DNA of 64,000 nucleotides from an uncultured Acidobacteriota bacterium (lineage in GTDB: Bacteria > Acidobacteriota > Vicinamibacteria > Fen-336): the NCBI GenBank assembly GCA_963720545.1, contig OY970399.1, forward strand, positions 992,001 through 1,056,000, in the 5' to 3' direction. A program made the translations under genes and the position numbers. Numbering within the stretch: the stretch's first letter is position 1; each line of letters starts with the position of its first letter. Of this stretch, positions 56,163 to 64,000 are shown one piece after another. The notes below the pieces were generated by a model that saw nothing but the letters and a program-made list of their open reading frames with translations, had not been told where the DNA came from and did no database searches.

Positions 56163-58246
56163 TTACTTCGCCGGCTGTGCCGCCCCCGCCCCCGGCTTCA
56201 GGAACTTGCCGTACCAGTCCAGGTACCGCTGCAGCCGATCGCGCTCGTAGCTGGGCATCGTGATGCCGTGGTACTGGCCCGGGTAGATCACGAGCTGCGT
56301 CTCGACGCCGAGGCTCTTCAGCGCCTGGTACATCTGCTCGCCGCCGACGATCGGCACGTTGAAGTCCTTCTCGCCGCCCAGGAACAGCGTCGGCGTCTTG
56401 ATGCGGTCGGCGTGGAAGAACGGATAGGAGATCTTCATCCACAGGTCCGGGGTTCTTCCACGGCGGAGCGATTTCGAGGTCGTACTGGAGCGTGTAGCGG
56501 TCGACGCCGTACATGGTGAGCTGCAACGAGCTGCCGGCGCCGCTGATCGCCGCCTTGAAGCGCGTGATCGGTTGCGATCGTGTAGTTGGTGGAGATGCCG
56601 CCGTAGCTCCAGCCGCCGATGCCGAGGCGGTCGGGGTCGGCAATCCCCTGCTTCACCGCCTCGTCAACCGCGCCCAGCAGGTCCACCACTTCGAGGTGGC
56701 CCCAGTCGGCGTAAGATCGCCTTCTGGAACGCGTTGCCGCGGCCGGCGCTGCCGCGATAGTTGATCGCCAGCACCACATAGCCGTTGGCCGCGAACAACT
56801 GGCGGTCGAAGCTCCAGGCGTGCTCGTCCTGGCCGTTCGGTCCGCCGTGGATGTAGAGGATCGTCGGGTATTTCGTGCCGGGCTTGTAGCCGGCTGGCTT
56901 GACGATGAGGCCGTGAACCTCGGTGCCGTCCTTGCTCTTCGACTGGAAGTCTTCGGTCGTAGCCAGCTGCAGTTCAGCGATGCGAGCTTGTCGTTGTGCT
57001 TCGTCAGCTGCCGCAGCTTGCCGGCTTCGAGCGCGTAGACCTCGGCCGAGCTGGCTCGGCGTGGTTGCGAGACCGCGAAGTTGCCGTCCTTGCCGGCGCT
57101 CAGGGGCGCGCACCACCCGCCTGCCGGTGGCTGTGCGTCTGGAGCGTTGCCGTTCGGATCGCCAGCCGGCACCGCGGCCAGAGTGACGGTGCGATCGTCC
57201 TGCAGCAGGAAGGTGAGTCGCTTGCCGTCCGCTGACCACTCGGGGTTCGAGACGGCGCGATCGAGCTGCGGCATGCACCGCGGTCGGCTCGCTCACCGCG
57301 GCGCCGCCTGCCTTCGGCACGTTCACGACCATCAGCTTGTTCAGGCCGTAGGCGCTGTACTTGTCGACGTCGCCCAGGAGCACGGCGATGCGCGTGCCGT
57401 CCGGGCTCCAGCGCGGACGGCCGTTCTCGCCCGCCTCGGTCGCCGTCACGCGGCGCGGCTCGGCGCCGGCGCGCGCCTCGACCACCCAGACGTCGTCGTT
57501 CGCCGGTGCGATCCGGATCCTGCTCGGCCGCGCTTGCTGAGGAACGCGATCTGCTTGCCGTCGGGTGACCAGCTCGGGCTCTCGTCGTCGGCCTGGCCGG
57601 TCGTGATCGTGGTGGCGGTCCTGGTCGCGACGTCGAAGACGGCGACGTGCCCGTAGAGGCGCTTCAGGTAGCCCGACACGTCTTCCTTGAAGCGGTAGCG
57701 GTCGAGGACGATCGGCGTCGCGGTCTTGCGCTTCCAGCCTTCCTTCTTCTCCGGGTCGTCGAGTCGACGTCGAAGTCGTTGGCGATGAAGGCGATGCGCT
57801 TGCTGTCGGGCGACCACTGGATGTCCTCGGCGCCGCCCTTCAGGTCGCTGACCTTGATGCGCTTCGCCGCCGGCGCGGTTCAGCAGCCAGATCTGCGCGC
57901 CCTTCTTCTTTTCTTCCTCGTTGCCGCGCGACGACAGGAACGCGAGGTACTTGCCGTCGGGGCTGAAGCGCGGCGAGATCTCGCTGTCCTCCGAGGAGGT
58001 GAGCTGCACCTGCTCGCTGCCGTCCCACTTCACCATCCAGATGTCGGTGTTGCGCTTGTCCTTGTCGACGTTGGTGGTGCTCACGGTGTAGGCCACCCAG
58101 GCGCCTTCCGGCGAACGCTGCGGGTCGGAGACGCTCGCAAAGCGCGGCAGGTCGTCGACGCGGATCGGCCGGCGCGCCGTCTGCGGCTCGCTTCGCGATG
58201 CGCACGCAAACAGCACGGCAACAAGGACGGCGGTGCTACGGGTCAT
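56163..58246 (-). pseudogene. S9-family (acylaminoacyl/dipeptidyl) peptidase broken by many frameshifts
   Basis: Pieces in all three minus frames: SPDG propeller repeats, IHGGP, NYRGS, GWSYGG, EKDFNV and QYHG; at least eight frame switches. Confidence 0.8.
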
Positions 58247-58268
58247 GCTTCCTCCGACGAGTGTTGGC

Positions 58269-60335
58269 CTAGCGAGGCAGGCGGAATTCGACGCGCACGG
58301 TGATCCAGGTGCCAACCGGCGCACCGGTCCTGGTCGCGGGACGATAGCGCCGCTGGCGCACGTTGTCGACCGCCGCCTCGTTGAGCCCGGACTTGCCTGC
58401 GACGCCGCGCAGCACCTGGGTTTCGGTCACGACGCCTTGCGTGTCGACGAAGGCGCGCACCTCGACGGTGCCCTCGACGCGCTGGCGCAGCGCCAGCGGC
58501 GGGTAGTTGAGCCGCGGCGCGTTCTGCAGGATTGGCGGCACCACCACTGCGGGCGTCGCGGCAGCGATCGGCGACGCCGTCGGCACGGCGGTCGGCTCGG
58601 GAGTGGGTGCCACGGTCGGGACGACCGCTGGCTGTGCCACTTCGACGGTGGCGGTCGCCAGCGGCGTCGGCGCGGGCAGCGTTGGCGTCGGCGTCGGCAC
58701 CGGAGTCGCGGCGGCCGCCGCCGCAGCAGCCACCGCGGCGGCCTGCTGCTGCACTTCCAGCTCGCGCGCCAGGTCGGCGGCGCGGCGTTCCTGCAGCTGG
58801 CGCGACTGCTCGACCGCTTCGTCCTGCGCGCGGCGCAGCGCGGCGGGATCGACCGCCTGCCCGCGCTGGCGCGCCTGCGCCTCGATGCGCAGCCGCGCCT
58901 CCTCGGAAGCCTTCGCCGAAGCCGCGGCCTTTTCTTCCTCGATCGTCTTCAGCTTCGCCTCGAGCTCCTGCACCTTGTTGAGCGCCGCCTGCATCTCCGG
59001 CGTCAGCGGCGGGGGCGTCGGCGGCGCCGGCGCGCGGCGCGTCAGGAAGAAGGCCGCGAGGCCGCCCGCCAGCAGCACCGCCACGGCGCCGGCGATGAGC
59101 GGCCAGGAGGTGCTGCGCCGCGCGGTGGCGAGGATGATCGGCGGGTGATGCGCGGTCTCGACGCGCGGATGCGGCTCGGTCGTGTCCACGGGACGCAGCT
59201 CATCGAGGCGGTAGGGCTCGGTCCGGTCGCTCACGGCCGGATCGGGACGCGCCGCCGGGGCGGGCGGCGGCAGCGGCCGGGCTTCCGGAGGTGGTCCGGC
59301 CGGTGCGGGGCTCGGCGGCGCGCCACGAGGCACCTGCGGCGCCGGCGTCTCGTCCACCAGGAACTCGGCGTAGCTCGCCTCGCGCTCCTGCTTGATGAGC
59401 GCGGTCTCGCGCTCCAGCTGTTCGCGGAACAGCGAGTGCATCAGGAACGCAAGGTTGAAGGTGGTCGGTGTGAAGTCGCCGGAGAACAGCAGCGTGTCGA
59501 TCGCCTTGCGCATCTCCTCGATCTGCGCGTAACGGTCGCGCGGGCTCTCGGCGAGCGAGCGCCGCAGGATCTCGGCGATGTGCTCGGGGATGTTGCGCGG
59601 CTCGACCGACGGGTCCTGCAGGCGCGCGGCCGCGATGTGCGCCGCCACCTCGTCGGTCCTGCCTTCCTGGTTCCAGCGCTCGCCGGTCAGGCACTCGAAC
59701 AGGATGGCGCCCAGCGCATAGACGTCGGCGCTCGCGTCGCCGGGCCCGCCGCCGCGCTGTTCGGGAGCGAGGTATGCGAGGTCGTCGGCGCCGAGGGCAC
59801 GGCCTTCGCGAATGCGGCTGCGGCCGACGCCGAAAAAGCGCGTGCGCACCTCGCCGTCGTTCGAGAGCATCACCGCTGCCGGGTTGAGGAGGCCGTGCAG
59901 GAAGCGCTGGCCGTCTTCGGCCTTGCGCGCATGCGCGAAATCGAGCGCCGAGCACACCTTGCTCGCGATCAGCAGCGTGTGGTTCGCGGAGAAGGGAAAG
60001 CCCTCCTGCCGGCAGCGCGCCAGGATCGTCTTCAGGCTGCGCGCCTCGAGGAACTCGTAGGAGATGTAGTAGTTCGACTCGATCTTGCCGATGCCGTGGA
60101 CCTTGAGGATGTAGGGATTCTGCAGGGACGCCGCCTGCTTGACGTGCTCGAGCACGTCCTTGGCAAGCTCCGCCGTCGCGGAAATCGCGGGATTGAAGCG
60201 GATGATCGCGACCAGCCGTTCGAAGCCGGACGTGCTCAGCTTGGCGGCACGATACTCGGTGCCGAGGCCGGTCGTTTCGATCTCGTCGAGCAGAACGAAG
60301 CGCCCGAACTTCTCTCGCAAGTTGTCAGTCCCCAA
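58269..60335 (-). CDS. Kinase-like (pseudokinase) domain fused to TM, coiled coil, Pro/Thr linker and TonB C-terminal domain
   Basis: FGRFVLLDEI, YLAPEQ and DVYALGAIL; C-terminal YPPLALRQRVEGTVEV...RYRPA; start uncertain. Confidence 0.75.
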   Translation of the reverse strand: MGTDNLREKFGRFVLLDEIETTGLGTEYRAAKLSTSGFERLVAIIRFNPAISATAELAKDVLEHVKQAASLQNPYILKVHGIGKIESNYYISYEFLEARSLKTILARCRQEGFPFSANHTLLIASKVCSALDFAHARKAEDGQRFLHGLLNPAAVMLSNDGEVRTRFFGVGRSRIREGRALGADDLAYLAPEQRGGGPGDASADVYALGAILFECLTGERWNQEGRTDEVAAHIAAARLQDPSVEPRNIPEHIAEILRRSLAESPRDRYAQIEEMRKAIDTLLFSGDFTPTTFNLAFLMHSLFREQLERETALIKQEREASYAEFLVDETPAPQVPRGAPPSPAPAGPPPEARPLPPPAPAARPDPAVSDRTEPYRLDELRPVDTTEPHPRVETAHHPPIILATARRSTSWPLIAGAVAVLLAGGLAAFFLTRRAPAPPTPPPLTPEMQAALNKVQELEAKLKTIEEEKAAASAKASEEARLRIEAQARQRGQAVDPAALRRAQDEAVEQSRQLQERRAADLARELEVQQQAAAVAAAAAAAATPVPTPTPTLPAPTPLATATVEVAQPAVVPTVAPTPEPTAVPTASPIAAATPAVVVPPILQNAPRLNYPPLALRQRVEGTVEVRAFVDTQGVVTETQVLRGVAGKSGLNEAAVDNVRQRRYRPATRTGAPVGTWITVRVEFRLPR

Positions 60336-60415
60336 AAGCCATCACGGGTGGGCAGGCCGGAAAGTAGCAGATCGCGCAAACGACCGCAATTTGCGGCGTA
60401 CATCGCTCACAATGC

Positions 60416-61306
60416 TCAGTTTGGCGGCTCCAGGAGCTGCTCGGCGCCGCCCGGATTGCGCACCACTACCCGGTCTTCGGCGACGCTCACCACCGTGTAG
60501 CCGTCCAGGGTGCCGCCTGGGCCGAGGACGGCTATTTGCGACCCGAGGCCGAGGACCGCCAGCAGCGTCGAGCCCCTGCGGACCATGCCGACGAGCCGCA
60601 CGACGGGAACCGCCAGCGCCGGGTTCGGCGCGGCCGCCGGAGCCGTGCTCTCTGCGAGCGCGGGACGCCGTGGCCTGGAAAAGGCCAGTTCGGATGCGGC
60701 TGCCGGCGGCTCGGGCGCTGCGCCGAAGCGAAACGGATCGCGGCCCCAGGCACCAGCGGGTCGCTGCGCGGTGACCGGAGCGGCTGCCGCAGCCTCGGCT
60801 GGTGCGGCCGCCGCCGCCTCGGGCGCCGCCAGCTCGATGGCGTAGGCGATCTCCGCGTTCTCGTCGGCCTGGGACAATGCCGCGGTCTGGATCACGAAGC
60901 CGTTTTGTTCCGGGGCGAGGGCATCGAGCAGCTGCGACACCGCCGCAAACCGGGCGCTGCCGTTGATGCGTGCGCTCGCCGCGAAGGGCGGCTTGCCGGC
61001 TTCGACGTCGAGCTCCACGTCGCGGATGCCGGCGCGAGCGGTGACCGCGAGCACCTGGCGGCGCAAGGCGAGCGTGGGGTTCGAGGCTCCGCCGGCCGCC
61101 GCGGAGCGCGCTGTGCGGTTCCAGAGCCCCAGCTGCCGCGCCCGCTGCGCCGCCTCGGCGCTGTTGCGGGCCGCGGCGAGGCGCGCCTGCTGGAAGCTCG
61201 CGCGCAACGCGTCGGCTTCCGCCGCCACCGGGCGCGTGTAAGCAAGATAGAGGGCAGCGCTGCACAGCAGCAGCAGCGCGCCGATGCGCGCTGGGCCGGC
61301 CGTCAC
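60416..61306 (-). CDS. Hypothetical protein, PilO/GspM-like with PilP/GspC-like tail
   Basis: GTGA-coupled; TM plus coiled coil; RDPF motif and RLVGMV...GYTVVSVAEDRVVV tail. Confidence 0.45.
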   Translation of the reverse strand: MTAGPARIGALLLLCSAALYLAYTRPVAAEADALRASFQQARLAAARNSAEAAQRARQLGLWNRTARSAAAGGASNPTLALRRQVLAVTARAGIRDVELDVEAGKPPFAASARINGSARFAAVSQLLDALAPEQNGFVIQTAALSQADENAEIAYAIELAAPEAAAAAPAEAAAAAPVTAQRPAGAWGRDPFRFGAAPEPPAAASELAFSRPRRPALAESTAPAAAPNPALAVPVVRLVGMVRRGSTLLAVLGLGSQIAVLGPGGTLDGYTVVSVAEDRVVVRNPGGAEQLLEPPN

Positions 61307-61806
61307 TTGGCAACCCGCAGCGACGCGCGCACCCGGCCATCGACCTCGGCGCCGCGCGATTCGCCGCCCGGCAGCACCTGCTCGATCTCGGTGCGGCGCG
61401 CCAGCTGCTCGAGCACCGTGTCGTACGCTTCCGGGCGGGTCGCCGTGATCCCGAGGTCGAGACGCGATCCCGAAGCGTACACGATGGCAATGCGCGTGAA
61501 GCGCGCATCGCGCGGCAGCTCGGCGGCGAGTCCGGCCACGATCGACGCAGGTGAATGTTGTACGCCCTGCTCCAGCTGAGAGGCTGCCGCCAGCACTGGT
61601 TCCGGTCGGTTTCCCTGCGCCCGCGGGGACAGCGGCACCTGCGATTCGGCGCGAAGGAGCGACGCGCGCGCCGCGCTGCGGGCGGCGGTCGCGGCATACG
61701 CACCCCAGGCCGACCACAAGGCGAAGAAGGCGCCGACGCCAAGCAACAAGGCGCCGGCGCGCGGGGTATGGGCGCTGCGCCGCGACGAAAAGTCGGGGCC
61801 GCTCAC
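61303..61806 (-). CDS. Hypothetical protein, PilN-like
   Basis: DFS motif, TM, coiled coil and ELPRDARFTRI; operon position. Confidence 0.45.
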   Translation of the reverse strand: MSGPDFSSRRSAHTPRAGALLLGVGAFFALWSAWGAYAATAARSAARASLLRAESQVPLSPRAQGNRPEPVLAAASQLEQGVQHSPASIVAGLAAELPRDARFTRIAIVYASGSRLDLGITATRPEAYDTVLEQLARRTEIEQVLPGGESRGAEVDGRVRASLRVAK

Positions 61807-62651
61807 GCGCCGGCCCTGGCCCAGACGAGCTCGAAGGGCTCGACCGCGACGCCCTCGTGGCCCAGCGTCCAGCCGGCGGCCGCGCGCCGGCCGCGCCGCA
61901 GCAGCTCCGCGATCACCAGGGACGCGCCGCGGCCGACCACTCGGATCTGGTCTGGCTCCTGGCCGGCTGCCAGGGCGGTGCGCTCGGCTTCGTCGGCGAT
62001 GCGGCCGCTGTCTTTGGCGCGCGTGCGCCGGCGGGTGCGAAAGGCACGCAGGCCGCCGCCGTCCGAATGGGTGAGCGAATAGGCCGCGTCGCCCAGGATC
62101 ACGTCCACCACCCCGCCTTCGGCGCCCTTGCCGGCGCCGAGCCCCGCCACGGCGAGGAACGGTGCCAGTTCGGCGCGGGCCACCGCGGCGCCCGCATCCG
62201 CCAGCACCTGTTCGTATTCGCTCACGATGCGCCGCCAGACGAGGCCCGCTAGGTGTGCGCCGCCCGCGACCTTGAGCGTGCCGACGACCGCCTCCGAAGC
62301 CGGAAACGCGAGCCCCTGGCCCAGGCGGAAGCGCGCGAAATGGTCGGGCGCCACGTTGCCCGGCGGCTCCACCAGGCCGGTGCGCGCCGTACCGTCCGGC
62401 AGCACCAGGGTTACGGGCGAGGAGCCTGTGCCGAGCGCCGCGAGCACCCGCGCCAGGGCCTCCAGTACCGCGTCGCGGTCGAGGATGTTGGCTTCGAATG
62501 GCCGCGGCTCGAGCGCGCCGCCGGGAAGCGGCGCGGCGGCGAACGACGCGAGGCGCGGCCCGCGGAAGCCCGCACGCAGCTCGCCGCCCTCCACCTGGCC
62601 TCGGTCGATGGCGACGAACAGCGAGCCCGACGCGAGCTTCATGGGCTTCAT
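61803..62651 (-). CDS. Hypothetical protein, PilM-like
   Basis: APLPGGALEP...NILD...TLVLPD...RFRL...IVSEYEQ; start uncertain (62642, 62651 or 62687). Confidence 0.5.
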   Translation of the reverse strand: MKPMKLASGSLFVAIDRGQVEGGELRAGFRGPRLASFAAAPLPGGALEPRPFEANILDRDAVLEALARVLAALGTGSSPVTLVLPDGTARTGLVEPPGNVAPDHFARFRLGQGLAFPASEAVVGTLKVAGGAHLAGLVWRRIVSEYEQVLADAGAAVARAELAPFLAVAGLGAGKGAEGGVVDVILGDAAYSLTHSDGGGLRAFRTRRRTRAKDSGRIADEAERTALAAGQEPDQIRVVGRGASLVIAELLRRGRRAAAGWTLGHEGVAVEPFELVWARAGA

Positions 62652-62707
62652 CTTATTAGTTATGATGGCCGGAATTCGTTTTCGCACAACTGGGGAGGTC
62701 GCGTTTC

Positions 62708-64000
62708 ATGACCCAGGGCACGAGCCAGATACGCAACGTCGCAGTCGTCGGCCACGGCGGCTGCGGCAAGACCAGCCTCGTCTCCGCGTGTCTCTTCGCC
62801 ACCGGCGCCACCAGCCGCCTCGGCCGCATCGACGACGGCACCACCCCCACCGACTTCGACCCCGACGAGATCGAGCGCAAGATCAGCCTGCAGTCCGCGG
62901 TCGCGTTCGCCGAGTGGCGCAAGGTCAAGATCAACTTCATCGACGCTCCCGGCTACGCCAACTTCTTCGCCGAGGCGAAGTCGGCGCTGCGGGTCGCAGA
63001 CGCCGCGCTGTTCGTCGTCGACGCGGTGGCGGGCGTCGAGGTGCAGACCGCCAAGGCGTGGCGGGTGGCCGACGAATACGGCCTGCCGCGCCTGGTGGTG
63101 GTGAACCGCATGGACCGCGACCGCGCTTCCTATGACCGGGTGCTGGAGTCGCTGCAGAAGGCGTTCGGCCGCGGCTGCGTGCCGATCGCGATGCCGCTCG
63201 GCGAAGAGAAGGCGTTCGTCGGCGACGCGAACCTGGTGAGCGGCCAGGCGCTCGTCTACGGCCACGACCAGTCGGGCAAGTTCCAGCAGGTGGAGGTGCC
63301 CGAAGAGGTGCGCGCGCGTTCCGCGGCGAACCGCGAGGCGCTCATCGAGATGGTCGCCGAAACCAACGAGAGCCTGATGGAGGAGTTCTTCGAGAAGGGC
63401 AGCCTGCCCGCCGAAGACCTGTTGAAGGGGCTGCGCGAGGCGTTCCTGGCGCGCGCCATCTTCCCGGTGCTGCCGGCCTCGTCGCTGCTGAACGTCGGCA
63501 TCCATCCGATCCTCGACGCCATCGTCGACCTCGCCCCGTCGCCGGCCGAGCGCGAGCCCGTCTCGGGCCACGAGCCGCATTCGAAGGACGCCATCGTGCG
63601 CCGTCCCGATCCCGCCGAGCCGTTCGCGGCGCTGGTGTTCAAGACTCTCGTCGACCCGCACGCCGGGCACATCTCGATCTTTCGCGTGTTCTCGGGAACC
63701 CTGAAGGGCGACTCGGTGGCGCAGAACAGCAGCCGCGACACCGCCGAGCGCGTCGGCCACCTGTTCTTCCTGCAGGGCAAGAACCAGAGCCCGGTCGGCG
63801 AAGTGACGGCCGGCGACATCGCCGCGGTGGCGAAGCTCAAGGACACGCGCACCAACGACACGCTGTGCGACAAGGCGCACCCGATCGTGCTCGACCCGAT
63901 CGTGTTCCCCGAAGGCGCCACCACCTTCGCAATCGAGCCGAAGACGCGCGGCGACGAGGACAAGATCTCGGTGGCGCTGCACCGCCTCATCGACGAGGAC
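62708..64000 (+). CDS. Elongation factor G-like GTPase (EF-G2 type), 3'-truncated by window edge
   Basis: Not in the ORF track. GGGGAGG RBS; MTQGTSQIRNVAVVGHGGCGKTSL...ERKISL...DAPGY...NRMD...AIEPKTRGDEDK. Confidence 0.9.
   Translation, partial: MTQGTSQIRNVAVVGHGGCGKTSLVSACLFATGATSRLGRIDDGTTPTDFDPDEIERKISLQSAVAFAEWRKVKINFIDAPGYANFFAEAKSALRVADAALFVVDAVAGVEVQTAKAWRVADEYGLPRLVVVNRMDRDRASYDRVLESLQKAFGRGCVPIAMPLGEEKAFVGDANLVSGQALVYGHDQSGKFQQVEVPEEVRARSAANREALIEMVAETNESLMEEFFEKGSLPAEDLLKGLREAFLARAIFPVLPASSLLNVGIHPILDAIVDLAPSPAEREPVSGHEPHSKDAIVRRPDPAEPFAALVFKTLVDPHAGHISIFRVFSGTLKGDSVAQNSSRDTAERVGHLFFLQGKNQSPVGEVTAGDIAAVAKLKDTRTNDTLCDKAHPIVLDPIVFPEGATTFAIEPKTRGDEDKISVALHRLIDED

Overview
High-GC (roughly 70%), gene-dense bacterial chromosome segment. 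It is probably from Acidobacteriota, inferred from the acidobacterial-type PadR, Oar-like TonB-dependent receptors, sulfatase-TPR proteins and eukaryotic-like kinases. About 52 CDS are present. Housekeeping genes include kbl, ubiX, rlmN-like, msrB, purC, nrdR, groES-groEL with a CIRCE element, an NFACT/RqcH-like gene and an EF-G-like GTPase. The rest are mostly secreted peptidases/hydrolases, two TonB-dependent receptors each beside a sulfatase-like/TPR protein, two Ser/Thr kinases, a pseudokinase-TonB fusion, an NtrY/NtrX-like pair and an ECF sigma operon. I found no rRNA, tRNA, transposase, integrase, phage or cas gene. The most notable observations are: (1) a modular interspersed repeat family (13-bp hairpin with a compensatory base-pair change, pyrimidine tract, then CCAGGCGCTTGCGTC box) at four intergenic loci, always oriented with the upstream gene and, in four cases, starting 2-4 nt after its stop codon; (2) a vasohibin-like Cys-His-Ser protease candidate translationally coupled to an NfeD-SPFH operon; (3) 'sulfatases' with a Thr-x-Pro-x-His motif instead of C/S-x-P-x-R; (4) a pseudokinase-TonB fusion; (5) recurrent leaderless-type -10 boxes. 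Two genes are broken by indels that look like assembly errors. All product calls come from motif recognition by eye; no database search was run.
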